In this document: in pieces, positions 60,871 to 64,000 of the stretch
Numbering within the stretch: position 1 is the first letter of the stretch
How the letters are laid out: each line of letters starts with the position of its first letter
Origin: Sphaerodactylus townsendi
Lineage: Eukaryota
Direction: 5' to 3'
NCBI RefSeq assembly: GCF_021028975.2
Contig: NC_059439.1
Coordinates: 18,848,001-18,912,000 of the forward strand
DNA: 64,000 bases
Notes under the pieces: generated by a model
What the model was told of the DNA's origin: nothing
Database searches by the model: none
The model's input: only the letters and a program-made list of their open reading frames with translations
Translations under genes and position numbers: made by a program

Positions 60871-60993
60871 ATTAATAGAAGAACCTTTGTTTATCTCTTC
60901 TGGTGATGACTGATTTGCTTCTTAGTGTTCATTAATAGAAGAACCTTTGTTTATCTCTTCTGGTGATGACTGATTTGCTTCTTAGTGTTCATT
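60871..60993. repeat. Exact 60-bp tandem duplication
   Basis: 60871-60930 equals 60931-60990, with ATT junction microhomology. Confidence 0.93.
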
Positions 60994-61042
60994 CACAGGA
61001 CAGATCTTTCTGACTCTTGAGAGCTCTTTTATAAAGGAGATA

Positions 61043-61897
61043 CCGTATACACTCATGTATAAGTCGACCCGCATATAAGTCGAGGCACCTAATTTTACCA
61101 CAAAAAAACTGGGAAAACTTATTGACTCGTGTATAAGTCGAGGGTGGAAAATGAGGCAGATACTGGTAAATTTCAAAAATAAAAAGAGATACCAATAAAA
61201 TTGCATCAATTGAGGCATCAGTAGGTTAAATGTTTTTGAATATTTATTTCGAAGAAAAACAGTAAACTAGCTCTATAAGTGGAAAAGAAGGTCAACAAGA
61301 ACAATATGGTCTCAACAATAACTTATAAAAGTACAAAAATGTTAGCTCAGTCAGCAACCAAGCTAAAACATAAGAGTTAAAATCCTTCAAAACTGGATTC
61401 CTCATCATCATCTGTATGTCCAAATGTAATCCAACTTAGATTTTAAGAGGGATATTACCAGAAATGGAAAATCCACTATTACCTTCCATTGTAAACAGTG
61501 GGGGATGGGGCACCCCCTTTGGGGGTCAATAACTTTGGATCCCCTGACCCAAACTTCACCAAACCTGGCTGGTATCATAAAAAGACTCTCCCTCAAAAGG
61601 GTAGCCCCATCTACTATTAGCTCCCATTGAAAACAATGGGGAATGGGGGCACCTCCTTTGGGGGTCCATAACTTTGGACCTCCTGAACCAAACTTTACCA
61701 AACTTGGCTGGTATCATCAGGAGTGTCGTCTGAGGGTACCCTGAAATTTTGGTGCCACTAGCATAAAAACTGCGCCCCCTGCTGGCCGGCAAATTAAAAA
61801 AACCCCAAAAATTTAAAGACCCGAATATAAGTCAAGGGGAGCTTTTTCAGCATTAAAAATGTGCTGAAAAATTCGACTTATACACAAGTATATACGG
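61043..61897. mobile_element. Tc1/mariner-type non-autonomous element
   Basis: TA-CCGTATACACTCATGTATAAGTCGA...TCGACTTATACACAAGTATATACGG-TA; repeated subterminal TATAAGTCGA motifs. Confidence 0.85.
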
Positions 61898-61946
61898 TAC
61901 GTACTTAATTTTACCTGTAAACGCCATTGACCATTGACATTTTCTC

Positions 61947-62216
61947 AGGGGCGGTGGGGGGGGGGGAAATGGCCCCGGGGTAAAATGGCACCTGTGCCCC
62001 AACCCCCGCGGGCTCCGTCCCTCGTGGCACCCCACCCCCGTGCCCCGGCCCCTTATCTTAGTTCAGCCAGCTGCAAAGAGCAGCCTGCTCTGGGTCGCGG
62101 GGCCTGGCTGGTGGGGCGGAGTGGGACGAGGGCTGAAGTGGGAGGGGCATGGGGCGATTTTCCACCCCCCATATGATCCCAATGGCGCCCCCCCCCCAGT
62201 TGTTGCTACACAACTG
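61947..62216. mobile_element. GC-rich hAT (Tip100-like) MITE
   Basis: TSD CATTTTCT on both sides; CAGGGGCG start. Confidence 0.65.
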
Positions 62217-64000
62217 CATTTTCTGTATGTATCCTGGGGGCTGAGCAACAAAGCAGTAGGTTTAAGATGAAGGAAATTCTATGAAGGTTGGGACATTAGC
62301 ATTCAGATGTGCCAAGAAGCGTATTGACATACATGCTTTGAGCAGGGGGGCTGCTAGTAGAAGGTAATCCCGATAAGACAGACAGCCATCATTCCAGGAC
62401 CCAGCTCAGGAAACACTGGTCCTCCTCACTTGCAGAAGTTGGCTGTGTGCTGTCCTGATTGACTGACGCTTGTGATTCCACAATACACACTTCCCCCAGG
62501 CAGTTATTCAACCTTTTCAAAGGGTTTTTTTTAAAAAAAGGCAATGCATAAATGTTCAATGGAATATAATGACAAACAGGGTTGAATAGCTGACAGCCTG
62601 CCTGAACTATATGTGTGCGCATGCGCACAGTCATGCAAATTCTTGCTTGGCGTGTCTGTTAAATGCATTGTGGAAACAGCAGGAACGTTGTTTCACCCTG
62701 CGGCAGGAAAATCCACAGAGTCCTTTATTAAGCTACCGTTTACACAGCCTAGCAGAACTCAGTGGCACAAGCAACCAATTGATGGGATGCCTATAGAACC
62801 AATGTCTGAGGGATTTTCAAGAAAAAAAACTTGACATTTACCCACAAGGCATCTTTTGGGATAGGATCATGATATACTATAATATGGTGAATTGGACTCT
62901 GTGATCTGTTGGGTCCCTTGCAACCCTGATTTTATGACAAAGTTGATCCAATAAGGGATAACGCCTTAGTCTTCTTTGTATCAAAATTTCCAGCATATCA
63001 GGATCTCTTGTTTCTATTTTGGAATGACTATATTGTCATTCTGCTGTAATGTGTGTATAAATACTATTGAAATGTTCATTGTTGTGGTACCAAGTTCTGG
63101 GCCATTTAATTGATGGATCATATCAAAGGTGGTAAAGAATCATCAAGGGGCTTCCAAGGCAAGTGAGAAGGAGGCATGGTTTGCCATTACTTGCCTCTCT
63201 TGGTGATTTCCCATTCAAGTACCAACCCCTTCTTAGCTACTGAGATCTGCTGAGGTTGGGCTATACCACACTGCCTTTCCACCCAGTGGATTGTATTATA
63301 CTCTTTCTCATCGAAAGATGACGGGAGATTTGTGAATTAGTTTGCCAATTTTCTGAACCTTCTTTGTTCTAGAATTCTCCGCTTGGGTTCTAGAGCCTTG
63401 GGGACAGAACTAGGTAACCACTAAGACCCAAGCAGAGCATTCTCCTGTCATCTTTCAGTGAGAAAGAGTTTAGCAACATCAAAATCACCTTTCGGAATCA
63501 GGGTGAGGAATGAGAGGAGAAGGGTTCACAGAGAAAAAAAACCCCACTCTATTTTACTTTAGCAATACCCATGAGTAAAACATTAATACTATATGTTGCA
63601 TTGCAGGTTGGGAGTCAAAGTAGATCCTGGGAAGACTGAAAACAAGCAGTTTTTAAAAGATTTTGAAAAAATATTATATGCTGCGTTGTATTTCCTTGAA
63701 TGGAAAAGCAGAATATAAATTTCCTAGATAAGACTGAGCCAAACTTGGATGCTATAGAAACTCCAAGTAGCACTCTATTTCCATCTAGTGGATGGAGCTC
63801 ATATTGTCTCAGATGGAAATTTCACTGCAGCCAAAGTTAGTTGTACAGGATGATGTGTTTGGAAAGTCCACGTTCACCTTTCGGCCTGCCATTTTAAAGG
63901 CAGTGTTTTAATAAAGCTGAGTAAAGAAATTGAAAGTGTGAATGTCACAGAAGGCTCAGAGGTGCATCTCAGGGTCTTCCACGTTCTTACCCATTTTTTT

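Noticed and set aside
60903-60973. Apparent C box (GTGATGA) and D box (CTGA) ~70 nt apart, snoRNA-like
   Set aside because: Spacing is produced by the 60-bp duplication; no terminal stem or recognisable guide sequence
1-64000. CRISPR arrays, operons, prokaryotic defence systems, intact transposase or RT genes
   Set aside because: Vertebrate intron-exon DNA; repeats are dispersed TEs or simple duplications, and no long intact TE ORF is present

Overview
Eukaryotic DNA from a vertebrate. The repeat content (Squam/Sauria-type SINEs, 5S-headed SINEs, SPIN, CR1, L2 and Penelope remnants) points to a squamate reptile, probably a gecko (inference). The window holds the conserved SNRNP70-LIN7B-PPFIA3 syntenic block, all on the + strand: (1) the 3' part of SNRNP70/U1-70K (most of intron 7 and the last three coding exons); (2) the complete six-exon LIN7B gene (624 nt CDS, 207 aa); (3) a ~19.5 kb transposon-filled intergenic region; (4) the CpG-island promoter, non-coding first exon and first coding exon of PPFIA3/liprin-alpha-3. 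The 5' half of that coding exon is corrupted (in-frame TAG, indels), most likely by poor-quality sequence. There are four N gaps. Almost all ORF-track entries outside these exons are spurious. I found no clearly new protein-coding system. The most interesting signals are at RNA or transposon level: candidate poison/decoy exons and a two-state hairpin enclosing a 5' splice site in SNRNP70 intron 7; a U1-binding site in the SNRNP70 3' UTR; minimal hammerhead ribozyme cores in Penelope-type inverted repeats; a SINE tail serving as the polypyrimidine tract of LIN7B exon 4; and two independent insertions into the same terminal site of a host MITE. TE family names come from recalled consensus similarity, not from a database search.
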